Shown here: positions 1-13,190 of the stretch, piece by piece
Layout of the letters: the number at the start of each line of letters is the position of its first letter
Numbering within the stretch: the stretch's first letter is position 1
Source: an uncultured delta proteobacterium
Lineage (GTDB): Bacteria > Myxococcota > B64-G9
Assembly (NCBI GenBank): GCA_963754925.1
Contig: CAVWHX010000003.1
Location: forward strand, 448,001 to 512,000
Length of the DNA stretch: 64,000 bases
Direction of reading: 5' to 3'
Translations under genes and position numbers: made by a program
Notes under the pieces: model-generated
The model's database searches: none
Seen by the model: only the letters and a program-made list of their open reading frames with translations
Told to the model about the DNA's origin: nothing

Positions 1-2184
<2,184 letters not shown>

Positions 2185-2188
<4 letters not shown>

Positions 2189-2523
2189 ACCGGCTCCAAC
2201 GAACATCGCAACGGGAACTCCGCCTGGCGCGCTAGTTCTGCCACCTTGTGGACCTTGGTTTCGGCTACGTCATACGGGTATATACCCGCCTTGCCAACAC
2301 CCTGGTAGTGCACCCGCAACATAATCTCAATGGCTTGTTCCTCCGGGTGGTGAAAAACGTCCATAAGAATCATAACCACAAAATCCATGGTAGTATAGTC
2401 ATCATTGTGAAGGAGCACCTGATAGAGACGCGGTGGTTCAACCTTGCGATCCACATCGGTTGCAACGTCGGTCTCGCCTTCGCCCGCAAACTCACTCGGT
2501 TTTTGTTTCCGATTCTTCGACAT
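2185..2523 (-). CDS. clpS: Clp protease adaptor ClpS
   Basis: [21 protein letters not shown]...[20 protein letters not shown]...EFPLRCSLE motifs; directly upstream of clpA; start could be TTG 2541. Confidence 0.95.
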
Positions 2524-2822
2524 ACTATCCGTATGTATCAAGTTGATCCGGTCTAATCAACAATCCCGCGCGCACACCTACCTCTAACCACTTAGTGCTT
2601 CATCAGGCGCATATGCCGTACCTTGTCCACACACATTCCTGCTACCATCTGCGGGAACATCGGCGCCTATCATCGTGGCTCAGCTTTGTTCAATTACCCT
2701 TTCATGATTTCAGGTATCGAACAATGTAGCAACCTACCTACCGTTGCCGCGCGCTTGAATAATGAGTGAGTTTTTAACGTCGAGTGGTGAGTTAACTTTT
2801 TTCTCTAAGTGCCTGAATTATC

Positions 2823-3080
2823 TTAAATCTTCTGAGGATTCCTAAGGGCAACTTTGCCGCGGGCGCGATCGATCAGACTTTTCTCAATCGCTAGAATCTG
2901 GCGCCGGGTTTCCGATGAGCACTCCTCGGATGGTTCCCCGACATCATCATCATCAGCAGCAATTCCGTACCGCATTCTGAGTATCTGCGCGGTCTGGGAA
3001 GACAAACAATCGAAGTGTCGATTTACTTTTTTCAAGGCCCCCCGCCTGGTCGTGATTTGAGTCTTTGTTCGCGAGGCCAT
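2823..3080 (-). CDS. Small stand-alone sigma-70 region-4-like protein (85 aa)
   Basis: Strong RBS GAGGAGG; LSSQTAQILRMRYGI-x17-TRRQILAIE aligns without gaps to sigma70 LTAREAKVLRMRFGI-x17-TRERIRQIE. Confidence 0.75.
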   Translation of the reverse strand: MASRTKTQITTRRGALKKVNRHFDCLSSQTAQILRMRYGIAADDDDVGEPSEECSSETRRQILAIEKSLIDRARGKVALRNPQKI

Positions 3081-3168
3081 CAATCTTCCTCCTCATCTGA
3101 CCGGCAGTCTGTAGACCAAGTATAAGCGCGGTAAAAACCGCGATTATGACCGCCATGTCCGTTAGTTA

Positions 3169-3197
3169 ACGATATCGTCATCGCCAAGCCACGTCAA
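3169..3197 (-). promoter_or_regulatory. Putative sigma70-type promoter for the sigma4-like ORF
   Basis: TTGACG-17 nt-TATCGT on the minus strand. Confidence 0.45.
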
Positions 3198-3284
3198 GTT
3201 TTCGAACCTGCAATCTCATTTCTCGAATAGTTGACAATATTCTCATATTTTTTCATAGAGTTATATATTCCCTGACGGTTCACA

Positions 3285-3467
3285 TTAGTCCTTTATGCGG
3301 TAAAGAATGGTGATGGTCAGGCAATGGAATTCTTCATCACTTGATTGAGTAACACTAACATCTCGAATCTCTTCAATTGGTGTGATTCTCAACCATTCGG
3401 TTATCTTGTCACCAAGACCACAGCGTTCTTTGGCTTTGGTAGCCGTAAAAACTTTTATACCGTCCAT
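3285..3467 (-). CDS. Small hypothetical protein (60 aa)
   Basis: Purine-rich RBS region; compact alpha/beta-like sequence MDGIKVFTATKAKER...VTQSSDEEFHCLTITILY, recalled as resembling a small myxobacterial conserved hypothetical family. Confidence 0.75.
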   Translation of the reverse strand: MDGIKVFTATKAKERCGLGDKITEWLRITPIEEIRDVSVTQSSDEEFHCLTITILYRIKD

Positions 3468-3641
3468 GCCCTCACCCCTCTTAACCTACACCACCATCTA
3501 CCCTTGCGTCCCAACAGCATCGACGCACGGCCGACCCCAGTCCGTCAATGTCCCAGGAATCTCCCACAGCGACTACGACGCTGTCAAGTTTGTGACCCGG
3601 TCGAACGTACGATTTCAACTCTTGACGGGTTATCGTCAGTG

Positions 3642-4271
3642 TTACTCTGCATCGGGGGGTTCTTCTGGTGGAGTGCTCTGCGTCTTAGCCTTTGATTTCG
3701 TAGCCTGTCTACTGCTCGGCGCCTTAGTTTTTGCTTTCAAAGCTTCTTTGGCGCCTGTTGCTTTGACCTTTGACTTCGCCGCCGATTGGCTACTCGGTTT
3801 CTTACCGGCTGCCGGTTTCTTTGCCGAGGTTTTACCGGTTGCTTTCTTGGCGCCCTTTGCAGCGCCTTCGATTTTGCTCTCGACCGGCAGCAGCTCAACA
3901 AATGCCATGGATGCATTATCACCCAGGCGGGGCCTGGTCTTGATGATGCGAGTATACCCGCCGGGGCGATCTTTAAAGCGCGGCCCAATGGTATCGAAGA
4001 GCTTTTTCAAGGCAACTTCTTCCTGCACCATACGGTTGCCTATCTGATGACCCGTGGTTTTCAAGCGTTGAGCCGCGAGGCGGCGGGCTGATATATCGCC
4101 TCGTTTGCCGAGGGTTATTAGTTTTTCGGCAACACGCCGAAGTTCTCGAGCGCGGTCAACCGTGGTGAGGATGCGCTCGTGCACAAACAATGAGGTCACG
4201 AGATTGCCGAACATCGATTTCCGATGGGATGGACTTCGCCCGAAGCGCCGACTTTTACGCAAGTGCCTCAT
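3642..4271 (-). CDS. rplQ: 50S ribosomal protein L17 with Lys/Ala-rich C-terminal extension
   Basis: [21 protein letters not shown]...[10 protein letters not shown]; follows rpoA. Confidence 0.97.
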   Translation of the reverse strand: MRHLRKSRRFGRSPSHRKSMFGNLVTSLFVHERILTTVDRARELRRVAEKLITLGKRGDISARRLAAQRLKTTGHQIGNRMVQEEVALKKLFDTIGPRFKDRPGGYTRIIKTRPRLGDNASMAFVELLPVESKIEGAAKGAKKATGKTSAKKPAAGKKPSSQSAAKSKVKATGAKEALKAKTKAPSSRQATKSKAKTQSTPPEEPPDAE

Positions 4272-5323
4272 TGAAGATTCTCCTCATCCTCCCGTCCCCG
4301 CGATGCCGACTTGCTCGTCTCAGCCAATTTGGCGTCCTTCGCCGGCCAATGTTCAAGCTTCATGCCCAGGCTCAGGCCCATCTCGCTTAAAATATCTTTG
4401 ATCTCTTTTAGAGATTTTCGGCCAAAGTTTTTCGTTTTGAGCATCTCGGACTCGGTTTTTTGCACCAGCTCGCCAATGGTGCGAATCTGTGCATGTTCGA
4501 GGCAATTGGCCGAGCGCACCGATAGCTCAAGCTCGTCAACGCTGCGCATCAACATCTCTTGCTGGCGTTCCTGCTCCTCGCTGCGCTTATCCTCTATGCT
4601 TTCTTCTTCTTCGGGGAAGTTGATGAAGATGCTTAGCTGCTCCTTTAATATTTTACTGGCATACGCCACGGCGTCTTCGGGTCGAATGCTGCCGTCCGTC
4701 CAAACCTCTATCGTCAATTTATCATAGTCGGTTATCCGCCCCACGCGGGCGTTAGTGATTTGGTAGTTGACCCTCTTGATCGGCGAGTATATCGCGTCGA
4801 TAGGGATTACGCCTACCGTCGCCTCGGCTTCTTTATTTAATTCCGCGGGAATGTAGCCGCGACCGCGCTCCACCTGCAGCTCCATGGTAAGTTGGCCACG
4901 GGCTGAAACGGTTGCAATGTGTTGATCAGGGTTGAGAACCGTCACCGTGCCATCGGTCTTAATGTCGCCGGCTTTAACTTCGTAGGGGCCTTTGACATCG
5001 ATGGAAACCGTCTTAGGTTCCCAACCATCAATTTTGAGGCGCACTTCCTTCAGATTGAGGATGATGTCCGTCACATCCTCAGATACCTCAGGGATGGTGG
5101 AGAACTCATGCAAGACGCCCTCGATCTTCACCTGAGAAATAGCGGCGCCCTGAATGCTTGACAACAACACACGCCGCAATGAGTTGCCGAGTGTCACCCC
5201 GAAGCCACGCTCGAACGGCTCCCCGACAAACTTACCGTAGGTGGGGCTCAGCGTGTCCCGGTCCACCAAGAGATACTTCGGCTTGATGAGATCACGCCAG
5301 TTCCTGGATATGTCCGATGCCAT
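4268..5323 (-). CDS. rpoA: RNA polymerase alpha subunit
   Basis: [40 protein letters not shown]. Confidence 0.99.
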   Translation of the reverse strand: MASDISRNWRDLIKPKYLLVDRDTLSPTYGKFVGEPFERGFGVTLGNSLRRVLLSSIQGAAISQVKIEGVLHEFSTIPEVSEDVTDIILNLKEVRLKIDGWEPKTVSIDVKGPYEVKAGDIKTDGTVTVLNPDQHIATVSARGQLTMELQVERGRGYIPAELNKEAEATVGVIPIDAIYSPIKRVNYQITNARVGRITDYDKLTIEVWTDGSIRPEDAVAYASKILKEQLSIFINFPEEEESIEDKRSEEQERQQEMLMRSVDELELSVRSANCLEHAQIRTIGELVQKTESEMLKTKNFGRKSLKEIKDILSEMGLSLGMKLEHWPAKDAKLAETSKSASRGREDEENLQ

Positions 5324-5381
5324 TGGTCCTCCGTCGCCCGAATAAAACTCGTATGTTTTCCTTCAACCCGTAAGTGCCTGC

Positions 5382-6008
5382 TCACTTTGAGTACAGTTCA
5401 ACAATAAGCTGTTCCTGGATGGGCATGGTAAGATCTTCACGGCTTGGGTATGCTTTAACCGTCGCCGTATATTCTTTTCGATGTATTTCAACCCAGGAAG
5501 GAACACCCCGTCGTTCGCTCGCATCGAGCGATTCATTGATACTCACCAACGCATGGCTGCGCGCTTCTAACTGAACTTCATCACCGATGCGCAACACAGC
5601 CGATGGAATGTTGAGATTTTTACCATTGACCTTAAAGTGCCCATGGTGCACCAATTGCCGCGCCTCACGACGAGTGCGGGCAAATCCCATCCGGTACACC
5701 ATCGTATCCATGCGGCGCTCGAGCAAGAGCAGCAACTGCTCACCGGTGATTGCCTTGCTGCGCTGCGCCCGGTTGAAGGTCAACCAGAACTGGTTCTCAC
5801 GCAATCCGTATATCCTCTTGACCTTCTGTTTCTCACGGAGCTGTTGGCCATAGGGCGAAAACTTGGCGCGTGACTGTCCATGCTGACCGGGCGGATACGG
5901 ACGGCGATCCACCGAACACTTCTCGGAATAACACCGATCGCCCTTCAGAAATAACTTTAGTTTCTCGCGCCGACAATAGCGACAGACTGATCCGTTATAG
6001 AGTGCCAC
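5382..6008 (-). CDS. rpsD: 30S ribosomal protein S4
   Basis: [35 protein letters not shown]. Confidence 0.99.
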   Translation of the reverse strand: MALYNGSVCRYCRREKLKLFLKGDRCYSEKCSVDRRPYPPGQHGQSRAKFSPYGQQLREKQKVKRIYGLRENQFWLTFNRAQRSKAITGEQLLLLLERRMDTMVYRMGFARTRREARQLVHHGHFKVNGKNLNIPSAVLRIGDEVQLEARSHALVSINESLDASERRGVPSWVEIHRKEYTATVKAYPSREDLTMPIQEQLIVELYSK

Positions 6009-6032
6009 TGCTTCCTCCTTAACCTGCTTTCA

Positions 6033-6410
6033 CTATACCCGCCGTCGTTTCGGCGGCCTGCACCCATTGTGGGGAATGGGGGTCACGTCTCTAATCATCG
6101 TGATTTTCAAGCCCGAAGCCTGCAACGCTCGAATAGCCGCTTCACGACCGGCTCCCGGTCCGGTCACCTCAACCCCGAGCTGCCGCATCCCATTCTCCTG
6201 GGCTTTTTTTGCTGCATCCTGGGCGGCAAGTTGCGCCGCAAAGGGAGTACTCTTACGCGATCCTTTGAAACCGCAGGCGCCCGCGCTCGACCACGCCACC
6301 ACGCTGCCGGCGACATCCGTTATCGTCACGATGGTGTTGTTGAATGTTGACTGCACGTGAGCGATGCCGCTCTGAATGTTCTTTTTTATCTTCTTCTTCA
6401 CCTTCGCCAT
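6033..6410 (-). CDS. rpsK: 30S ribosomal protein S11
   Basis: [30 protein letters not shown]. Confidence 0.99.
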   Translation of the reverse strand: MAKVKKKIKKNIQSGIAHVQSTFNNTIVTITDVAGSVVAWSSAGACGFKGSRKSTPFAAQLAAQDAAKKAQENGMRQLGVEVTGPGAGREAAIRALQASGLKITMIRDVTPIPHNGCRPPKRRRV

Positions 6411-6459
6411 TGCAACACTATCCTTTCGTCAGGCCGCCGTGAGCCGCAGTGCACAACAA

Positions 6460-6858
6460 CTACCCTTCGGCAGCCGGTGAGGCTGCGGCCGGCTTCTTCT
6501 TGGTCAGGATGCCCTTGCGCGGACCTTTTCGGGTGCGCGCGTTCGTGTGCGTACGCTGCCCCCGCACCGGCAAGCCCTTCCGGTGCCGCAACCCTCGGTA
6601 GGTGTTCAAATCCATTAGCCGCTTAACATTCATCGACACTTCACGGCGCAGATCGCCTTCGACCTTATAGTTCGCGTCGATAAACTCACGTAAGAGTCGC
6701 ACCTCGTCCTCGGTCAGGACATCGGTGCGTTTGCTGGGATCGATCTTGGTCCCGGCGAGGATCTGCTCCGCACGGGTTCGCCCAATCCCATACAAATATG
6801 TCAGAGCCACGACAATTCGCTTGTTCCTTGGCAGGTCGACACCTGCAATACGCGCCAT
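6460..6858 (-). CDS. rpsM: 30S ribosomal protein S13
   Basis: [31 protein letters not shown] at 6858 with AGGAG RBS. Confidence 0.99.
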   Translation of the reverse strand: MARIAGVDLPRNKRIVVALTYLYGIGRTRAEQILAGTKIDPSKRTDVLTEDEVRLLREFIDANYKVEGDLRREVSMNVKRLMDLNTYRGLRHRKGLPVRGQRTHTNARTRKGPRKGILTKKKPAAASPAAEG

Positions 6859-6998
6859 TTTAATACTCCTTAGAGAAGCGCGAATCAGGCTGTGTGGCAA
6901 GGAGAAAGCGAGGACCCAAGCGGAGCATACTTAACGTATGTGAGCATTGGGCCGGAGCTTTTGACATAGCCAGACTGCCTGAGGTGCGCTTCATAAAC

Positions 6999-7112
6999 TT
7001 ATCCTTGACGTTGCCGATGCCGGGGATTTTCACATAAAACTCGCACAATTCCCCTTCGGCGCATGATTCTACACTTTTTACAAATCTTTTTAACCGACGT
7101 TCGTACCTTCAT
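6999..7112 (-). CDS. rpmJ: 50S ribosomal protein L36 (absent from ORF track)
   Basis: Manual translation [41 protein letters not shown] overlap with map stop. Confidence 0.97.
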   Translation of the reverse strand: MKVRTSVKKICKKCRIMRRRGIVRVLCENPRHRQRQG

Positions 7113-7894
7113 AGCTTCTCTCCTGCCTCAAAGCGTGACAACACCAGAGGACCGTCCTTCCCAATAGCCACCGAATGCTCGAAGTGCGCCGAGAGCTTTC
7201 TATCCTTGGTTCGTTGCGTCCACCCATCCGCGCCGGTCTCAACTTCCCAGGTGCCTTCGTTGACCATTGGCTCAATCGCCAACACCATTCCCGGTCGCAA
7301 CCGTTCGTTATGGCCGGCGCTCCGATAGTGCGGAATTTGAGGCTCCTCGTGCAACATCCGCCCCACGCCGTGACCGACAAAGTCTCGCACCACCGAAAAT
7401 CCATTCGCCTCAACGTGATCCTGAATTGCCGCGCCGATATCGGATATGCGGTTGCCGGGCACCACGGTGTGAATGGCTAACTCCAAGGCTTCTTCGGTCA
7501 CCCGCATGAGCCGCAGAGCTTTCTCACTAACTTTTCCAATCGGAACAGTGATGGCAGCGTCCCCGTAAAATCCATCGAGCACAACCCCACAATCGATACT
7601 CAAGATATCTCCCTCCTGCAATTTTCGCTTGGCAGAAGGAATCCCATGGACGACCTCTTCGTTGATCGAGGTACACAATGTCCCGGGAAAGGGATAGGGG
7701 CCCGCGCCTTGGTAACCCTTGAACGCCGGCAATCCTCCGGCGCGGCGGGCTAAACCCTCGGCCAACTCATCAAGCTCAAGGGTGGTTACGCTGGGCCGCG
7801 CATGCATACGCATAGCCTGGAGGATACGCGCAACGATCTGATTGGACGCCCGCATACGTTCGATTTCGGCCTCAGATTTCAGATACAAGGGCAT
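7109..7894 (-). CDS. map: Type I methionine aminopeptidase
   Basis: [39 protein letters not shown]; likely start MPLYLKS at 7894. Confidence 0.97.
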   Translation of the reverse strand: MPLYLKSEAEIERMRASNQIVARILQAMRMHARPSVTTLELDELAEGLARRAGGLPAFKGYQGAGPYPFPGTLCTSINEEVVHGIPSAKRKLQEGDILSIDCGVVLDGFYGDAAITVPIGKVSEKALRLMRVTEEALELAIHTVVPGNRISDIGAAIQDHVEANGFSVVRDFVGHGVGRMLHEEPQIPHYRSAGHNERLRPGMVLAIEPMVNEGTWEVETGADGWTQRTKDRKLSAHFEHSVAIGKDGPLVLSRFEAGEKL

Positions 7895-8009
7895 TTCGTT
7901 GGGCCTTCCCTCGTACCTCATATAGCGCCTATAGGATCGCATCCTGCATACCTGTCCGCACGCCGATTCAACATCCGATTCAGTATCACGTTCATCGTTT
8001 TCACTTCTC

Positions 8010-9329
8010 TCAACCTCGGGAGCTACGCCCACGAATGCGCGGCCCTTTTGGACCGGTCAATCCATCGTAATGTCGGGTGATCAAGTGAGTTTCGATTTGT
8101 GAGACCGTATCCAAGCAAACACCCACCACGATCAACAGCGAGGTTCCGCCAAAATAAAACGGCGTGTTGAATTGCTGAATCATAACGGTTGGTAAAACGC
8201 ACACAGCCGAAATATACAGCGCCCCGCCAAAAGTAATCCGGCTCAGCACCTTGTCGATATAAACGGCGGTCTGCTTGCCCGGGCGAATGCCGGGAATATA
8301 ACCGCCGTACTTCTTCATATTATCGGCAACGTCCATTGGATTGAAGGTGACAGCGGTGTAAAAATAACAGAAAAATACAATCAAAACTACGTACAAGGTC
8401 TCATAGCCCCAACTGCCTGGGTTGAGGGCCGATCGCAGATCGTGCATCCACGAGGTGTTGATGATACTCGCCAACGTTCCGGGAAATATCAAAATCGACG
8501 AGGCGAATATCGGCGGAATAACGCCTGAGGTGTTCACCTTCAACGGCAGGTGCGTGCTCTGCCCGCCGTACATTTTGCGCCCGACCACGCGCCGGGCGTA
8601 CTGCACCGGAATACGGCGCTGACCTCGTTCGAAGAAGATGATCACCCCCACCACGATCACCGCCAACACTAAGATCACGAGCACAACGAAGGGCCGGAGT
8701 ATACCCTGCTGAACATAGCGCACGGTGTTAACCACGGCACTGGGGAAGTCGGCCACGATACCAGCGCAAATAATCAATGAAATGCCGTTCCCTATCCCGC
8801 GCTCGGTGATCTGCTCGCCCAGCCACATAATGAAAGCTGTCCCGGCAGTCAAGCAGATGATGGTCATCAATCGAAATCCCCAACCCGGATTGGGAACTGC
8901 CAACTCTCCACCGATGTTCTGGCTCTCTAGATAGAACGAAATTCCTAAGCCCTGAATAATGGACAACACGATGGTGCCATAGCGCGTATATTGGGTGATT
9001 TTGCGGCGCCCCATTTCACCTTCTTTTTGAAGCCGCTCGATGGCCGGCACCACCACCGCCAGCAGCTGCAAGATGATTGAAGCGCTAATATAGGGCATGA
9101 TGCCGAGTGCAAACACGGACATCTGTCGCAGGGCACCGCCCGAAAACATATCGAACAATCCAAAAAACGATCCGCGCATGGTGCCAAAGAATTTTGACAC
9201 GACCGCACGATCCACTCCCGGAACGGATACAAATACGCCAACTCGATAGACCGCCAGCATGAAAAGCGAAAAAAGAATTCGCTTTCGCAACTCTGGGATC
9301 TTAGAGAGATTTCCTATTACCGATGGCAA
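8010..9329 (-). CDS. secY: Preprotein translocase subunit SecY
   Basis: [41 protein letters not shown]. Confidence 0.99.
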   Translation of the reverse strand: MPSVIGNLSKIPELRKRILFSLFMLAVYRVGVFVSVPGVDRAVVSKFFGTMRGSFFGLFDMFSGGALRQMSVFALGIMPYISASIILQLLAVVVPAIERLQKEGEMGRRKITQYTRYGTIVLSIIQGLGISFYLESQNIGGELAVPNPGWGFRLMTIICLTAGTAFIMWLGEQITERGIGNGISLIICAGIVADFPSAVVNTVRYVQQGILRPFVVLVILVLAVIVVGVIIFFERGQRRIPVQYARRVVGRKMYGGQSTHLPLKVNTSGVIPPIFASSILIFPGTLASIINTSWMHDLRSALNPGSWGYETLYVVLIVFFCYFYTAVTFNPMDVADNMKKYGGYIPGIRPGKQTAVYIDKVLSRITFGGALYISAVCVLPTVMIQQFNTPFYFGGTSLLIVVGVCLDTVSQIETHLITRHYDGLTGPKGPRIRGRSSRG

Positions 9330-9333
9330 TTCA

Positions 9334-9813
9334 TCACCTCGCGCCGGACCGGTTTGCCTTCTTGTTCACCACCGCGATCACTTCAGCAGTTCCTCCCGCG
9401 GACTCGATTTTTTCTTTTGCTGATTTACTGAATCCCTGTGCGCGTACCGTCAATGCTTTGCCCACCTCGCCATCACCGAGAATCTTAATCAAATCATATT
9501 CATGATGCACGAGTCCGGCCTCTTTTAACACCACCGGATCGACAACGGCATGAGCCTCAAAACGCGCCAAGTCACCCAAATGCACCACGACATATTTCTT
9601 GCTAAAAGGGTTGTAGAACCCGCGCTTGGGAATGCGTCGCTGCAAGGGCATCTGACCGCCCTCGAACCCGGCTTTTCGGCTTGCTCCTGTGCGCGAACCC
9701 TGGCCTTTATTACCCCGACCGGATGTCCCGCCTATTCCGCTGCCGCAGCCCCTACCCACCCTTTTCGGGCTGGATGTGGCTCCTTTGGGGGAAGTTAGTT
9801 TCTCAAGTCCCAT
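9334..9813 (-). CDS. rplO: 50S ribosomal protein L15
   Basis: [27 protein letters not shown]. Confidence 0.98.
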   Translation of the reverse strand: MGLEKLTSPKGATSSPKRVGRGCGSGIGGTSGRGNKGQGSRTGASRKAGFEGGQMPLQRRIPKRGFYNPFSKKYVVVHLGDLARFEAHAVVDPVVLKEAGLVHHEYDLIKILGDGEVGKALTVRAQGFSKSAKEKIESAGGTAEVIAVVNKKANRSGAR

Positions 9814-9860
9814 CGTATCCTCCAAACGAAATCAAAACACACTCATGTTCCTAATGACTA

Positions 9861-9925
9861 GCCCCTTCTCGCTTCGCTCGAAGGGACAAGTGGTTGTAAG
9901 CTTCTCTTCGTTCAGCAACAACCAC
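9861..9925 (-). repeat. Intergenic two-hairpin element (copy after rpmD)
   Basis: GTGGTTGT..GAACGAAGAGAAGCTT..ACAACCAC followed by GTCCCTTCGAGCGAAGCGAGAAGGGGC on the minus strand; similar to 20123-20189. Confidence 0.6.
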
Positions 9926-10107
9926 TAGCACTCCTCAACATCCAACATGAACGACAGTTTGGCTATCATGCCACGAATGGCCGGGGTGTCCTCCCGGATT
10001 ACCGATCGCTCGCGCTTTTTGAGTCCCAGTCCATCAAGGATTTGATTCTGCTTTTCCGAACGATGGCTTCGGCTTTTTTTCATGGTGATCTTCAGTTTTC
10101 CTGTCAT
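9925..10107 (-). CDS. rpmD: 50S ribosomal protein L30
   Basis: MTGKLKITMKKS...LGLKKRERSVIREDTPAIRGMI. Confidence 0.95.
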   Translation of the reverse strand: MTGKLKITMKKSRSHRSEKQNQILDGLGLKKRERSVIREDTPAIRGMIAKLSFMLDVEEC

Positions 10108-10141
10108 GACCAACTCCTGCAATCGCTTGTCGCGCCGGCGG

Positions 10142-10639
10142 TTACGATAACTCCTCGATTGTCTTATTTCTGCGGGTTGCAACAACATCGATGCTCTCAA
10201 GGTCCTCCAACGCCGCAAGCGTGGCCCGCACCACATTGTGTGGGTTACTGGTGCCGATACATTTGGTTAGGATATCTCGAACACCGGCCACTTCCATGAC
10301 AGCGCGTACCGCGCCACCCGCAATGACCCCCGTCCCTTTACCTGCCGGCCGAAGCATCACTCGACCAGCGCCAAAATGTCCTAGCACCTCGTGGGGAATC
10401 GTACCGTTGACGATCGGAATCTTCAACAATTGTTTCTTGGCGTTTTCAGTGGCCTTACGGATGGCCTCGGGCACCTCATTGGCCTTACCCTTGCCAATGC
10501 CAACGGTGCCGTTGCCGTCCCCAACCACCACGATCGCGCTAAAGCTGAACCGGCGCCCGCCCTTGACCACCTTCGCGACGCGGTTGATGCTCACCACCCG
10601 ATCGGTAAACTCAGTTTCGTTATTCACTGGCTCGTTCAA
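10142..10639 (-). CDS. rpsE: 30S ribosomal protein S5
   Basis: [35 protein letters not shown]. Confidence 0.99.
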   Translation of the reverse strand: MNEPVNNETEFTDRVVSINRVAKVVKGGRRFSFSAIVVVGDGNGTVGIGKGKANEVPEAIRKATENAKKQLLKIPIVNGTIPHEVLGHFGAGRVMLRPAGKGTGVIAGGAVRAVMEVAGVRDILTKCIGTSNPHNVVRATLAALEDLESIDVVATRRNKTIEELS

Positions 10640-10652
10640 AAGCTACCTCCTG

Positions 10653-11016
10653 TCAAAACGACAAGCCCTTAGCGCGTGCGGCATCAGCAAGTTTCGCAAC
10701 CCGTCCGTGGTACGGATAACCATTCCGGTCAAACACCACCTTTAATGCCCTTCGACAAACAACGTTCGGCCAAAAGCTCACCAACCTTGGCTGCAGCCTC
10801 GGCCTTTTTAGCTGAATCAGCCTGGGTGCGAAGTTCTTTCTCAACCGTACTGGCCGCCACCAGGGTTTTGCCACTGTCGTCGTCGATCACCTGGGCATAG
10901 GTATGCCGCGCGCTTTTGAACACCGTCAAGCGCGGTTGCTCAGCGGTCCCGCATAGGCGCTTGCGAATGCTGCGCTTGCGCCTGAGCCACCTTCTCCTAC
11001 TGCGATCAATAATCAT
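10653..11016 (-). CDS. rplR: 50S ribosomal protein L18 (apparent frameshift near 10740)
   Basis: N-part [19 protein letters not shown] (ORF 10729-11016) and C-part [28 protein letters not shown] in another frame. Confidence 0.93.
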
Positions 11017-11054
11017 TACTTCACCTCATCGAAGCGGTTATCTCAGCCATTATG

Positions 11055-11594
11055 TTATCCAATGGCCTTCTTACCCGCTTTCCGTCGAATAACTTCACCC
11101 ACGTAGGCAATACCCTTGGCCTTATACGGATCCGGGACGCGGAATGAACGGATTTTCGAGGCCGTTTTTCCGACGGCCTCTTTATCAGGGCCCCGTACGA
11201 TAAGCCGAGTCTGCTTCTCGACCACAACCTCAACTCCCTGAGGAATCTGGTATTCAATCGGATGCGAGTAACCCAGGTACAGTACGATATTCCGCCCTTT
11301 GATCTCAGCTCGGTAGCCAACGCCGTTGATATCCAGGGAACGCTCAAAACCCTGGGAAGTGCCCACGATCATATTTTGTATCAGCGCTCGGATGAGTCCG
11401 TGTTTGGCCCGCGTGCTGCGTTCATCATCGCTGCGACGCACGAGCACCTTGCCCTTTTCGACGGCAACCGATATACCCGCGGCTATCTCTTGGGTGAGCT
11501 TACCCTTCGGCCCTTGAACCGATACCCGGTTGTCATCAACCTTGACGTTGATACCGCTCGGAATCGTTATTGCTTTTTTTCCTATCCGTGACAC
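11055..11594 (-). CDS. rplF: 50S ribosomal protein L6
   Basis: GTG start MSRIGKKAI; GVGYRA; PDPYKAKGI. Confidence 0.98.
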   Translation of the reverse strand: MSRIGKKAITIPSGINVKVDDNRVSVQGPKGKLTQEIAAGISVAVEKGKVLVRRSDDERSTRAKHGLIRALIQNMIVGTSQGFERSLDINGVGYRAEIKGRNIVLYLGYSHPIEYQIPQGVEVVVEKQTRLIVRGPDKEAVGKTASKIRSFRVPDPYKAKGIAYVGEVIRRKAGKKAIG

Positions 11595-11619
11595 GACGAA
11601 CCTCTCCCGTGGGTTGCCA

Positions 11620-12021
11620 CTACCAAACCGCGCATATGACTTCGCCGCCCACTTTAGCTGTGCGCGCCTCGCGATCCGTGAGTACACCGCGCGAGGTGGA
11701 AATGATCGCGGTTCCCAACCCGTTGCGAATTCTCGGCAACTTGTCGCTGGAAACATACTTGCGACGTCCGGGCCGACTCTGCCGTTTTATACCGCGAATG
11801 ACTGACCGCCCATCCTCGTTGTAACGCAGCTTGATAACCAATAGCCCCTGCAGACGATCCGGCACCGTCGTGTAGTCGGTGATGTACCCCTCGCGCTTGA
11901 GGATCTCTGCCAAGCGCGCCTTCGGTTTTGAAGCAGGCATCGCGACTTCATCCTTGGCGGCCTTAGCGGCATTGCGGATGCGAACCAACATATCGCCGAT
12001 CGGATCGGTTATAGACGACAT
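11620..12021 (-). CDS. rpsH: 30S ribosomal protein S8
   Basis: TDPIGDMLVRIRNA; STSRGVLTDREAR; GGEVICAVW. Confidence 0.99.
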   Translation of the reverse strand: MSSITDPIGDMLVRIRNAAKAAKDEVAMPASKPKARLAEILKREGYITDYTTVPDRLQGLLVIKLRYNEDGRSVIRGIKRQSRPGRRKYVSSDKLPRIRNGLGTAIISTSRGVLTDREARTAKVGGEVICAVW

Positions 12022-12085
12022 GGTCTACTATCTCCTTCATCGAATTTGCACGGTACGAGCATCACCTGGTCACCTCTGCGCCTGC

Positions 12086-12271
12086 CTACCAGCTCGCCTT
12101 GATTACGCCGGGAATCTCCCCCACCAGGGCGAGGTTGCGGAAGCAGATTCTGCACATTGAAAACCTTCGCAAATAGGCGCGCGGCCGACCACACAATGGA
12201 CAGCGGTTGTGCTGGCGCACTTTGAATTTCGTTTTGCGAGTCGCTCGAATAACCTTTGACGTCTTAGCCAC
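12086..12271 (-). CDS. rpsN: 30S ribosomal protein S14, Zn-binding (type Z)
   Basis: [31 protein letters not shown]. Confidence 0.98.
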   Translation of the reverse strand: MAKTSKVIRATRKTKFKVRQHNRCPLCGRPRAYLRRFSMCRICFRNLALVGEIPGVIKASW

Positions 12272-12288
12272 AGGAGCCTCTCCTTATT

Positions 12289-12831
12289 TCAGTTACGCCT
12301 AAACGGCATCCCTAAGTAGCCCAGCAATGAACGGCTCTCTTCATCAGTCTTGGCGGTGGTGACGATGGTGATGTTCATGCCTTTTATTTTCTCAATCTTG
12401 TCGTAATCAATTTCGGGAAAGATGATCTGCTCGCGGATTCCCATACTAAAGCTGCCTCTGCCATCGAACGAACGGCTTGAAATGCCCTTGAAGTCACGCA
12501 CCCGGGGGATGGCAATGCTCACCAAGCGATCGAAAAACTCGTACATGCGATCGCGCCGCAAGGTGACCATGGCGCCGATAGATTGCCCCTCGCGCAGCTT
12601 GAAGTTGGCGATCGACTTGCGCGATTTCGTCACCACCGGCTTCTGGCCGGCGATTGCCGCGACTTCTTTCACCGACGACTCAAGAATCTTCGGGTTCTGC
12701 AGGGCCTCCCCCAACCCCATATTGATGACGATCTTATTCAGGCGCGGAACCTGCATGCGGTTCTTGTACCCAAACTCCGCCATCATCTTGGGAACGACTT
12801 CCTTCTCGTACAATTCCTTCAATCGAGCCAT
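12289..12831 (-). CDS. rplE: 50S ribosomal protein L5
   Basis: [34 protein letters not shown]. Confidence 0.99.
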   Translation of the reverse strand: MARLKELYEKEVVPKMMAEFGYKNRMQVPRLNKIVINMGLGEALQNPKILESSVKEVAAIAGQKPVVTKSRKSIANFKLREGQSIGAMVTLRRDRMYEFFDRLVSIAIPRVRDFKGISSRSFDGRGSFSMGIREQIIFPEIDYDKIEKIKGMNITIVTTAKTDEESRSLLGYLGMPFRRN

Positions 12832-12849
12832 AACGCCCTCTCTCTCACA

Positions 12850-13170
12850 TTACTTATCGAGGCTCTCGTTACACTTCTTGCAATACCGTACGCGCTTACC
12901 GTCCTCAAGAGAACGCATCCCGGCGATGGTGGGCTGGTTGCATTTGCTGCAGACCAAGCGCACCTTCGAGATGTGAATGGGCGCGTTCACGTCAATAATC
13001 CCACCCTGCGGGGCCTTCTTATCACGCCCGGCTTTAACGTGGCGCTTGACGGTATTGATGCCTTCGACCCGTATCCGGGTGCGCTGTTCAAGCAACTCCA
13101 GTACCTTGCCGCGCCGGCCACGATCGCGGCCACTCCGCACCACCACAATGTCGTTCTTCTTAATCCTCAT
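12850..13170 (-). CDS. rplX: 50S ribosomal protein L24
   Basis: IKKNDIVVVRSGRDRG; APIHISKV. Confidence 0.98.
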   Translation of the reverse strand: MRIKKNDIVVVRSGRDRGRRGKVLELLEQRTRIRVEGINTVKRHVKAGRDKKAPQGGIIDVNAPIHISKVRLVCSKCNQPTIAGMRSLEDGKRVRYCKKCNESLDK

Positions 13171-13190
13171 TACTCGCCTCTCTTACCGAA

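Noticed and set aside
3495..3530. GGGACGCAA on the minus strand resembling part of a c-di-GMP-I riboswitch
   Set aside because: Lacks the upstream GGCAAAC and GAAA tetraloop; it is simply one arm of a TGCGTC/GACGCA hairpin
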